Shown here piece by piece: positions 36,322 through 43,781 of a stretch of DNA of 64,000 nucleotides. Within the stretch, counting starts at the first letter, position 1; every line of letters starts with the position of its first letter. The translations under genes were made by a program, and so were the position numbers. The notes below the pieces were generated by a model. The model saw only the letters and a program-made list of their open reading frames with translations. It was not told where the DNA came from and made no database searches. Origin of the DNA: Bacteroidales bacterium (GTDB lineage: Bacteria > Bacteroidota > Bacteroidia > Bacteroidales > Muribaculaceae); NCBI GenBank assembly GCA_019415705.1, contig DXYS01000006.1:30618-94617 (forward strand), read 5' to 3'.

Positions 36322-36810
36322 TCAGTCGCCGCATGAGTCAAGCCCGAGCTGCTCGAAGTCATCGCCATCGGAGCGCTCGGCACATTTGCTTTCGTTTTGC
36401 TTGCGGCGCTCGCGGATGATACGGGCAAAAGATTCGGGCAGACGCACATTATACAAATCATAAGCGCGGTCAAAGAGCGGCGCTATCTCCTCGTCGGTGA
36501 AACCGGCTATGCCACAGCCTATGCGTGTGACGTAAAACGTAGTCTGGTCCCACTCATATGCGAGGTCGATAAACCGGTCGACGTAAGGCTTGATTGTCTC
36601 GACACCACCCTGCATCGTCGGGATGGCGTACGACTGTCCCTGCATGCCTTCGCCCTGACCCATCTTGGCGCCAAAACGCAAAAGGGCGGTGCGGGCGGCT
36701 CCTCCGGCATGATTACCGGCAAGATTGCTGCCGAACACAAACACCTCATCTTTATCAAGATGGGTGATATTCTCCGGAGTATATTTCAGTCCTTCAAAAT
36801 CGTTATCCAT
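36322..36810 (-). CDS. Small conserved protein of unknown function, Rossmann/macro-like motif pattern
   Basis: I preferred ATG 36810 because the track start 36849 is TTG and overlaps the upstream gene. Motifs are VFVFGSNLAGNHAGGAA, GQSYAIPT and TRIGCGIAGF. I recall NCBI naming similar proteins the 'A1S_2505 family phage non-structural protein'. This is recollection only. Confidence 0.4.
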   Translation of the reverse strand: MDNDFEGLKYTPENITHLDKDEVFVFGSNLAGNHAGGAARTALLRFGAKMGQGEGMQGQSYAIPTMQGGVETIKPYVDRFIDLAYEWDQTTFYVTRIGCGIAGFTDEEIAPLFDRAYDLYNVRLPESFARIIRERRKQNESKCAERSDGDDFEQLGLDSCGD

Positions 36811-36811
36811 A

Positions 36812-37387
36812 TCACTTAAGTTTTTTGCCGTCAGCAAAGGCGTTGCCAACCCTCGTACCTAACTCGATATAGCCGTTATGGACGGGGTCGAAAGTAATCA
36901 GGCGCATCTTCTCGACATCGGGCTTGCCGTCAGCCGCGAGATAACGCTCATCGCAAACTATATTGATGATTTCGGCGATGATGTAGCAGCCTGTCTCCGA
37001 CTCATCAAGCTTGGTCTTGATGCGGCACTCCATCGTCATGGGGAAACAGCTGTAAACCGGCGCGTTGACGTGCTCGCCCTTGGTAGGCGTCCAGCCCGTG
37101 GCGTCCATTTTGTGAGGAGTGTTGCGTGCGCTGACTATGCCGACGTAATCGGCTGCAGGGAGAGTGTCGACCGTAGCGAAAGCCACAGTGAACTCATCGC
37201 AACGCTTGAGATTTTCGGTCGTGGCGTGAGCGCCCATCGAGATAAAAATCTCCTTATAGTCCCATTGTCCGCCCCACGCGGCGTTCATCGCGTTAGGCGT
37301 GCCGTCAGCGTTATATGTACCGATAATCAAAACCGGCTGCGGAAGCATCCACGCCTTTGATTCAAAATTTTTCATATCAGAGATCAT
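36812..37387 (-). CDS. Flavin reductase family protein (flavoredoxin-like)
   Basis: 191 aa. PQPVLIIGTYNADGTPNAMNAAWGG is typical of flavin reductase-like FMN-binding domains. Its stop lies 1 nt from the next ATG. Confidence 0.85.
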   Translation of the reverse strand: MISDMKNFESKAWMLPQPVLIIGTYNADGTPNAMNAAWGGQWDYKEIFISMGAHATTENLKRCDEFTVAFATVDTLPAADYVGIVSARNTPHKMDATGWTPTKGEHVNAPVYSCFPMTMECRIKTKLDESETGCYIIAEIINIVCDERYLAADGKPDVEKMRLITFDPVHNGYIELGTRVGNAFADGKKLK

Positions 37388-37462
37388 AAGTTGGATTAAT
37401 CAGTACAAATATAACACTCCGCGTACGCAAAAACAAACACCGGCAATACCTTTTGACAATTA

Positions 37463-38242
37463 TTACGACTTGCCATGAGTCATTCGTTTATAAAATCGAT
37501 TGACAACGTCCTGCATTTCGACCGGGAGGTAGGTGATGGCAGTGGCGGCAATGTCGTCGGGGATGCCGAAACGCGACTCGGCGAGTGAGCCGACGATTGC
37601 GCCGACGGTGTCGGTGTCGCCGCCATATACCACAGCGAGGCGCACGGCGTCTTCAAAACTCTCGGCAATTGACGCGATATAAAGCGCTAATGGCACACAG
37701 CCCTGACAGGTAACATCGAAAAAGCCCCGCTCAGGCAGCCTGTCAAATGCCCCGTCGCCATAAAATTCGCGGGCAACGTCATCAAATATTGCGGCGTCCT
37801 TGACTCCGGCCATACGCATGCGGAATATAGCCACAGCTATGGCGACAGCACCTTTTATCCCCTCGGGGTGATTGTGTGTGATGGCCGCCGACAGCTCGGC
37901 CTGCTCGCGGACATCGGCCTCCGTGTCAAAGAGCCATGCCACAGGACTGACTCGCATGGCCGAGCCGTTGCCGAAGCTGTTGTACGGATAGGGGTCAGGG
38001 CGCATTACCCAATTGAAGAAGTAGCTGCCGTATTCGCCCATGGGATGAGGGTACTTGTGACACCATGCTCGCATCGAAGTCATGTAGTCAACGTCTTTCA
38101 GTAACGCATCGGCTACGGCGACGGTACAGATGGTGTCGTCTGTAAAACCGTTTTCGGCGCCAAACATCTCAAAATCATAGTCAGACGTGTTGTCAAATTC
38201 ATATCGGCTCCCGGCGATATCGCCTATAATCGCTCCTAACAT
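37463..38242 (-). CDS. ADP-ribosylglycohydrolase family protein
   Basis: 259 aa. The N-terminus MLGAIIGDIAGSRYEF, plus FTDDT, GNGSAMR and GGDTDTVGAIVGSLAE, are ARH/DraG-family signatures. Confidence 0.9.
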   Translation of the reverse strand: MLGAIIGDIAGSRYEFDNTSDYDFEMFGAENGFTDDTICTVAVADALLKDVDYMTSMRAWCHKYPHPMGEYGSYFFNWVMRPDPYPYNSFGNGSAMRVSPVAWLFDTEADVREQAELSAAITHNHPEGIKGAVAIAVAIFRMRMAGVKDAAIFDDVAREFYGDGAFDRLPERGFFDVTCQGCVPLALYIASIAESFEDAVRLAVVYGGDTDTVGAIVGSLAESRFGIPDDIAATAITYLPVEMQDVVNRFYKRMTHGKS

Positions 38243-38365
38243 ATTCGGTTGTTTTTATAAAATTGATACATTCCAAAATATAGTCAATCACTCTGTGCAA
38301 CTGACTGATTATATTGACTTATCGTATTGAATTTCGTCACACTTTATATTATAACAGTCCGCTAA

Positions 38366-39388
38366 TTATTTGTGATAACGGCCGGCGGCACGGCTGACGC
38401 TTTCGGCTACCTTGGCGCGGAACTCGGGCGGAGCGATGACTTCGGCGTGGCCGCCGTAGCCGAGAATAAGCCGCTCAAGCTCGTTGTTGATGACAACTTT
38501 CAGCGACAGCTGTATGCTGCCGTCACTGAATCGCTGCTCTACTTTCTGAGATTTATGAAAAGGCTTTGACTCGACATACGGAGCTTGGTCACGGTCAATC
38601 TTAATAACTATGCGCCGTGCTTTGTCCCTGATTTGTTTCGTCACCCCTATCGTATCGTCAAAAAAGTGCTCCGGGTCAAAATCTACACATTTTCTGAACG
38701 GATGCGTTTTATCAGGCACAACCGAGTGTATGCGGTCAAGAGCGAAGATATTGACCTGCGGCGTGCGGTTTGTCACCTTTTCGCAAATCAGAAACCAGCG
38801 GTTGCGATACTCCTTTAATAAATAAGGATAGACCGTCAGCGCCTCGGGATGTCGGGCCTTAAACGACTGATACTCTATCACGATGGTTTGTTGCTTTCTT
38901 ACCGCGTCATATATTGCACCTATAAACTGCGCGCCGCGATAGCCCGCGACAGTCTCCATATCAATGGCCGGCACAGATGAGCCGGTCTGCCGCGAGATAT
39001 GCTCGTTGAGCTTGCTGATGATGTCGATTGACGACGACAGCTGCGGGAACATCTGCAACTGACGCAGGATATCGAGCGCCGAGTTGAGCGCCTCCAGCCC
39101 CTCGTCATTGAGCGGAAGATGCGTTATGCTGTAGTCCGGATCATCATATTCATAATACTTGTTGTCACGCACCACAATCGGCGCGTTATAGCCAAGTCTG
39201 TCACTGCGCATCAACGCCAGATCATTCTGAAACGTGCGACGGCTGACGGGATTACTGCGGCCTTCGTACTCGGCAAGCGCATCGGTGCACGCATCGATAA
39301 GGTCGTTGATTGTCCAGCGGCGATAATGATTCTGCAGGCAGCGGTCGATGGTCGAGATGCGTATCAGTGTGGCACGGTTGAGAGGCAT
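38366..39388 (-). CDS. WYL-domain transcriptional regulator (N-terminal HTH, central WYL, C-terminal WCX-like)
   Basis: 340 aa. It has an HTH-like N-terminus, and the WYL domain core reads LTVYPYLLKEYRNRWFLI. It is divergently transcribed from rtcB. Confidence 0.8.
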   Translation of the reverse strand: MPLNRATLIRISTIDRCLQNHYRRWTINDLIDACTDALAEYEGRSNPVSRRTFQNDLALMRSDRLGYNAPIVVRDNKYYEYDDPDYSITHLPLNDEGLEALNSALDILRQLQMFPQLSSSIDIISKLNEHISRQTGSSVPAIDMETVAGYRGAQFIGAIYDAVRKQQTIVIEYQSFKARHPEALTVYPYLLKEYRNRWFLICEKVTNRTPQVNIFALDRIHSVVPDKTHPFRKCVDFDPEHFFDDTIGVTKQIRDKARRIVIKIDRDQAPYVESKPFHKSQKVEQRFSDGSIQLSLKVVINNELERLILGYGGHAEVIAPPEFRAKVAESVSRAAGRYHK

Positions 39389-39428
39389 AATGGAATTTTT
39401 TTTGCTAAAATAATCATTTTTATTTCAC

Positions 39429-39447
39429 TGCGCAAATATATTGCGCA
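39429..39447. promoter_or_regulatory. Candidate operator palindrome TGCGCAA-N5-TTGCGCA in the WYL/rtcB divergent promoter
   Basis: 7-bp perfect inverted arms at 39429-39435 and 39441-39447, ending 10 nt upstream of the rtcB -7 box. Confidence 0.4.
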
Positions 39448-39456
39448 CTATCCTCC

Positions 39457-39464
39457 CAACTTTG
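39457..39464 (+). promoter_or_regulatory. -7 box CAACTTTG for rtcB
   Basis: nAnnTTTG match 19 nt upstream of ATG 39483. It lies inside the TTG-started ORF extension, which argues for 39483 as the true start. Confidence 0.45.
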
Positions 39465-39482
39465 CAGCATAAATTCAAGAAT

Positions 39483-41273
39483 ATGATAATCAAAGGGAAA
39501 ACCACCACCGCTGAAATATTTACAGCGAATATCGAGGAGTCTGCGCTCGAATGGGCCAAAGAGCTTTGCGACCATCCGTGCATGCAGGGCGTCCCCGTCG
39601 TCCAGATGCCTGACGTGCACGCAGGACGTGGCTGCAATGTCGGCACGGCCTATCCGGTCAGACAGTTTGTCAATCCCGACCATGTCGGTGTCGACATAGG
39701 CTGCACGATTTCGATGCATAAACTTTCGGCGCCCGTCTGTCCTGACGACTATGCACTACTTGACCACCGTATTCGTGAGACTGTGCCAACCGGTAACAGA
39801 GTCTGCGACAAGAACTCATTAAACGAAAAGGAGTTCATGGCGTTTATAAATTCACGCTATCAGAGTGCACGCTCGGTCGCACCCGATCTCATCAACGAAG
39901 AGCGCATCGACGGGCGCTTTATCAGTGATTTCTGCCGGCGTGTCAAAATTCAGGAGGGTGTATTCTATAAAAGTCTCGGCACACTCGGCGGAGGGAACCA
40001 TTTCATCGAATACGGAGTAGCCGAAAAGTCAGACGAGGCTTGGCTGACAATACACTGCGGCTCTCGGAACCTCGGAGTCAAAGTCGCCTCTTACTGGCAC
40101 AATATCGCCGCTAATCCGCGCCATGGCGCATATGCCGGATATCTGTGTGACGACGCCTTACGCGGTTATATCTCGGATATGGTCATCGCTCAGGCCTACG
40201 CCATGTATAACCATTATGTCATCCGCGACCGCATATTTGTCATCCTCAAGAAATTGTGCAACGCCAAATGCTCCGAGTCGATATTCACCACTCACAATTA
40301 CATCTCTTTCGACGGAGTGCAGCCCATGCTTCGCAAAGGTGCTGTCGATGCCTCCGAAGGACGAAAGTTAGTCATCCCATTCAATATGCGCGACGGCATC
40401 GCCATATGTGTCGGACGCGGCAACCGGGAGTGGCTCAACACCGCTCCCCACGGCGCAGGCCGAGTCATGAGCCGTGCGCAGGCACGCAAACAGATTGACA
40501 TGCAGGACTTCGAGCAGACGATGTCGGGCATTTTCTCTACATCAGTCTGTGAAGGCACGATTGACGAAGCGCCTATGGCTTATAAACCGACCGATGAAAT
40601 CCTCGAAATGATAAGACCGACCGTCGATGTCGTGGCTATGGTCAGACCGAGAATAAACATTAAAGACAATGGAAGATTACGGCCAGATAACAGCCGGTCG
40701 CGGCCCCGTGGAATGTGCGCGTGCCGTGACACTCGTCGCCCGCAAATTACTCAAAGAAATCCCGGACTCAAACTCGTTGAAAGCGAGCCTCACAATCAGG
40801 CTGCCGACTGCTATATGTCGCTGACATTCGCTGCCGACGAGGCCATTGACAACAGCTTTAAAGATAACTGGCAGGGCACGGTGCTCTGGCGTTCGACCAA
40901 TAATCCGTATCGCCCGGACTACAAACGCAGCAACTGGTTTGTCGGAGTAAACTTCATCGATGAAGTCGAGCTGCCCCAGATCAATGAGGCCGATATAGTC
41001 TATGAGACCTGTCGCTCAGGCGGCAATGGCGGACAGAATGTCAATAAGGTCGAGAGTTCGGTCAGAGCCATCCACACACCGACCGGTATCACGGTCAGAT
41101 GCTCTGACGAACGCTCGCAAGCTCAGAACAAGGCCCGTGCACGCGAGCGTCTGATGCTTAAACTTCGCGCCATCAATGATTCAGCCATAGCCGATGCCCG
41201 CGTCAGACAGTGGAGCAACCATGACTCGCTCGTAAGAGGCGCGCCGGTAAAAAAATTCAGCGGACCGCTATAA
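39483..41273 (+). CDS. rtcB: RtcB-family RNA 3'-phosphate ligase (about aa 1-395) that, as sequenced, has no stop and continues in frame into the GGQ domain of PrfH
   Basis: RtcB motifs MPDVHAGRG, GGGNHFIEYG, HCGSRNLG and TAPHGAGR are present. RtcB homology ends at ...VRPRINIKD (40667). The same frame then runs to the stop at 41271-41273. Confidence 0.85.
   Translation: MIIKGKTTTAEIFTANIEESALEWAKELCDHPCMQGVPVVQMPDVHAGRGCNVGTAYPVRQFVNPDHVGVDIGCTISMHKLSAPVCPDDYALLDHRIRETVPTGNRVCDKNSLNEKEFMAFINSRYQSARSVAPDLINEERIDGRFISDFCRRVKIQEGVFYKSLGTLGGGNHFIEYGVAEKSDEAWLTIHCGSRNLGVKVASYWHNIAANPRHGAYAGYLCDDALRGYISDMVIAQAYAMYNHYVIRDRIFVILKKLCNAKCSESIFTTHNYISFDGVQPMLRKGAVDASEGRKLVIPFNMRDGIAICVGRGNREWLNTAPHGAGRVMSRAQARKQIDMQDFEQTMSGIFSTSVCEGTIDEAPMAYKPTDEILEMIRPTVDVVAMVRPRINIKDNGRLRPDNSRSRPRGMCACRDTRRPQITQRNPGLKLVESEPHNQAADCYMSLTFAADEAIDNSFKDNWQGTVLWRSTNNPYRPDYKRSNWFVGVNFIDEVELPQINEADIVYETCRSGGNGGQNVNKVESSVRAIHTPTGITVRCSDERSQAQNKARARERLMLKLRAINDSAIADARVRQWSNHDSLVRGAPVKKFSGPL
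40669..41273 (+). pseudogene. prfH: Peptide chain release factor H-like gene split over two frames (frameshifted, mis-sequenced or recoded)
   Basis: ATG 40669 in the +1 frame gives MEDYGQITAGRGPVECARAVTLVARKLLKEIPD, and that frame stops at 40822-40824. From about 40764 the PrfH homology is in the rtcB frame: WQGTVLWRSTNNPYRPDYKRSNWFVGV and SGGNGGQNVNKVESSVRAIHTPTGITVRCSDERSQAQNKA. Confidence 0.75.
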
Positions 41274-41312
41274 CTTCCCAAACATGTACCTGTAAACGGT
41301 ACACCTTACACA

Positions 41313-41320
41313 TAACTTTG
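41313..41320 (+). promoter_or_regulatory. -7 box TAACTTTG for the AAA+ gene
   Basis: Exact TAnnTTTG match 29 nt upstream of ATG 41349. Confidence 0.45.
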
Positions 41321-41348
41321 CCATCGCAAGCTAAAAAACACATCAACT

Positions 41349-43055
41349 ATGAGAGGATTTGAATTTCTTAAAGCAGAAAAGCCCGACTCGGCAGACAAAA
41401 CAAAGCAGAAAGACGCGGCCCGCAACGCCCGGCCGAAGAGTATTCTCGAATCTTTTGAATATATAGTCGAATTGGCCGAGAAATCAAATTTAGACAAGGA
41501 CTTCTTCGATAAGGCGGCCACGCACATCAGATATGCCGGGCGCAAACTTAAGCTCACTCCCATGCAGGTCGTATTGCTCTCGATGTTTGTCGACCGTAGC
41601 GAGGACAGCCGCATCATGATTTCGGAAATTGCCGCTTACACCGGTTGCCGCACGACCAAGCTGCTGCGTCTGTCAGATGACATCGACGTACTCGAGGCCA
41701 AGCATTATATCCGTGCGGCCCGCGGGCGCAAGTCACTGAGCTATCGTGTGCCTTCAGATGTACTGAAAGCCCTTCGCAAAGGGGAGCCATACGTCTACAC
41801 CGAGGAGCCCGTTGCCGACACAGAGACTTTCTTCGACAGATTTGACTGTCTGATGGACGAGATGGATGACGACGAATTGACACATGACATCCTGATGCAT
41901 CGCACAAACGAGATGCTCGAAGAAATTCGTCATACGGCATTTGCCACCGGTTTGCGACGCTACAACCTTGACTCTGAACATAAGCTGATTTTTATCTATA
42001 TGGCCCATCTGTTCGTCGAGAACGATGACAACAATATCGTATTCAGCGACATCGAAAATATCTATGACGATGACGAGATACCCGGCTGGCAAAAGCGCAG
42101 TCTGCGAAATCACGAGTCTGAACTATTTACAAAAGAGCTTATCGAAAATGTCAACGAAGACGGCATGGCGCGCTCTGATGCGTTCAAACTCACCAATAAA
42201 GCAAAGGACGAACTCCTCGGCGAGCTCAAACTCAATTCTCTCGGCAAGTCAGACCGCGGACTGATTAAGGCGTCGTCACTTGCCGCCAAAAAGCTGATTT
42301 ACAACTCTGCCGAGGAGAAAGAGATTGGCGAGCTTGCATCAATTCTTTCGGCCAAGCGTTTTGACGAAGTGCAGACCCGTTTGCGTGCAGCCGGCATGCG
42401 CCCCGGATTCTGCTGCATATTTTATGGAGCGCCCGGCACCGGCAAGACCGAAACTGTCTATCAGCTCGCACGTCAGACCGGCCGCGATATAATGCGTGTT
42501 GACGTCGATAAAATCAAAAGCTGCTGGGTCGGCGAAAGCGAGAAAAACATCAAGGCGCTTTTTGACCGCTACCGCAGCATCTGCAAAAACTCGACGCTTG
42601 CGCCGATTCTGCTCTTCAACGAGGCCGATGCCGTGCTCGGTGTCAGAATGGAAGGCGCATCAAGCGCTGTCGACAAAATGGAGAACTCTATCCAGAACAT
42701 CATCCTGCAGGAGATGGAGTCACTCGAGGGCATAATGATTGCGACGACTAACCTCACGACAAATCTCGACAAAGCCTTCGAACGCCGTTTCATTTACAAA
42801 ATCCGTTTTGACAAGCCGACCGTCGGGCCGCGTGCCAAAATCTGGCAGAGCATGCTCAACGGGCTGTCAGACAAAGATGCCGAGACGCTTGCCTCGCAGT
42901 TTGACCTCTCGGGCGGCGAGATTGAGAACATCGCACGCAAACACTCTGTCAACGCCATTCTTTCAGGAAATGAGGATATAAACCTCGACGAGATTATCGC
43001 ATCGTGCCGCCATGAACGCCTTGACAATTCACCTCGCGCCAAAATCGGATTCTGA
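41349..43055 (+). CDS. AAA+ ATPase (classical CDC48/FtsH-type AAA module) with N-terminal winged-helix-like region
   Basis: 568 aa. It has Walker A GAPGTGKT, Walker B ILLFNEADA and the SRH region ATTNLTTNLDKAFERRF. The N-terminal part ISEIAAYTGCRTTKLLRLSDDIDVLEAKHYI looks wHTH-like. Confidence 0.85.
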   Translation: MRGFEFLKAEKPDSADKTKQKDAARNARPKSILESFEYIVELAEKSNLDKDFFDKAATHIRYAGRKLKLTPMQVVLLSMFVDRSEDSRIMISEIAAYTGCRTTKLLRLSDDIDVLEAKHYIRAARGRKSLSYRVPSDVLKALRKGEPYVYTEEPVADTETFFDRFDCLMDEMDDDELTHDILMHRTNEMLEEIRHTAFATGLRRYNLDSEHKLIFIYMAHLFVENDDNNIVFSDIENIYDDDEIPGWQKRSLRNHESELFTKELIENVNEDGMARSDAFKLTNKAKDELLGELKLNSLGKSDRGLIKASSLAAKKLIYNSAEEKEIGELASILSAKRFDEVQTRLRAAGMRPGFCCIFYGAPGTGKTETVYQLARQTGRDIMRVDVDKIKSCWVGESEKNIKALFDRYRSICKNSTLAPILLFNEADAVLGVRMEGASSAVDKMENSIQNIILQEMESLEGIMIATTNLTTNLDKAFERRFIYKIRFDKPTVGPRAKIWQSMLNGLSDKDAETLASQFDLSGGEIENIARKHSVNAILSGNEDINLDEIIASCRHERLDNSPRAKIGF

Positions 43056-43090
43056 GCGCCGGCGGCAGACAGTTAATCTATTATAAAACT

Positions 43091-43143
43091 GCGTTCACTA
43101 TTAAATATGCGCCCTCGTCGGGCGTTATTTTAATAGTAAACGC
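43091..43143 (+). terminator. Nested hairpin after the AAA+ gene
   Basis: Outer 15-bp stem with one mismatch: gcgttcactattaaa (43091-43105) pairs with tttaatagtaaacgc (43129-43143). Inner stem cgccc/gggcg at 43110-43124. Confidence 0.45.
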
Positions 43144-43172
43144 ATAATTATATTTAAAACACACGTAAACCT

Positions 43173-43688
43173 ATGATTAGAAAGCTTATAGTAATTATTG
43201 CATTGTTTTTTGGTGTAATTTCGGCCTCAGCAGCCCTTCCCATCGACAAATACAGCATCAACCGCAAGGATTTACCCGAGGAGGCACAGCAGATGCTCGA
43301 CGAGCACTTCCCCAAAGCAAAAGTCAGCATGGTGAAAGTAGACCGCCATCTCCTCAAAAAAACAGACTACGACGTCAAACTCACCAACGGCACCAAAATC
43401 GAATTCAGCAACAAAGGCCGCTGGACCAGCGTAGACTGCAAGAAAAAGTCCGTGCCGGAATCGCTTGTGCCGAAAGCCATTCGCAATAACGTCGCAAAAA
43501 AATACTCCGATGATAAAATCGTAAAGATAAGCCGTTCGTCACTCTACTACATCATCGGACTCGCAAACGGCAAGGAACTGAAATATGACCGCCTCGGCAT
43601 ATTCCAAGGCGAAGTGACCAAAAAAGAAGCCGAAGATTTCGAGGCCGAAGCCCTCTCCGAAGCCGACAGCACCGACAGCGAGCAGTAA
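43173..43688 (+). CDS. Secreted PepSY-like (DUF2874-type) small protein
   Basis: 171 aa with a signal peptide. The repeated beta-hairpin pattern YDVKLTNGTKIEFSNKGRW and YIIGLANGKELKYDRLG is present. It is paralogous to 49600-50043. Confidence 0.65.
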   Translation: MIRKLIVIIALFFGVISASAALPIDKYSINRKDLPEEAQQMLDEHFPKAKVSMVKVDRHLLKKTDYDVKLTNGTKIEFSNKGRWTSVDCKKKSVPESLVPKAIRNNVAKKYSDDKIVKISRSSLYYIIGLANGKELKYDRLGIFQGEVTKKEAEDFEAEALSEADSTDSEQ

Positions 43689-43712
43689 ATAGCTTTTACA
43701 TCTAACGGTGAT

Positions 43713-43760
43713 AAAAAGGAGGATGTTGTAAGACGTTGCTCGCAACATCCTCCTTTTTAC
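43713..43760. terminator. Bidirectional terminator between convergent genes
   Basis: Stem aaaaggaggatgttg pairs with caacatcctcctttt, with A/T tracts on both sides. Confidence 0.8.
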
Positions 43761-43781
43761 GGCGTTTTCATAGTTTAGCAA

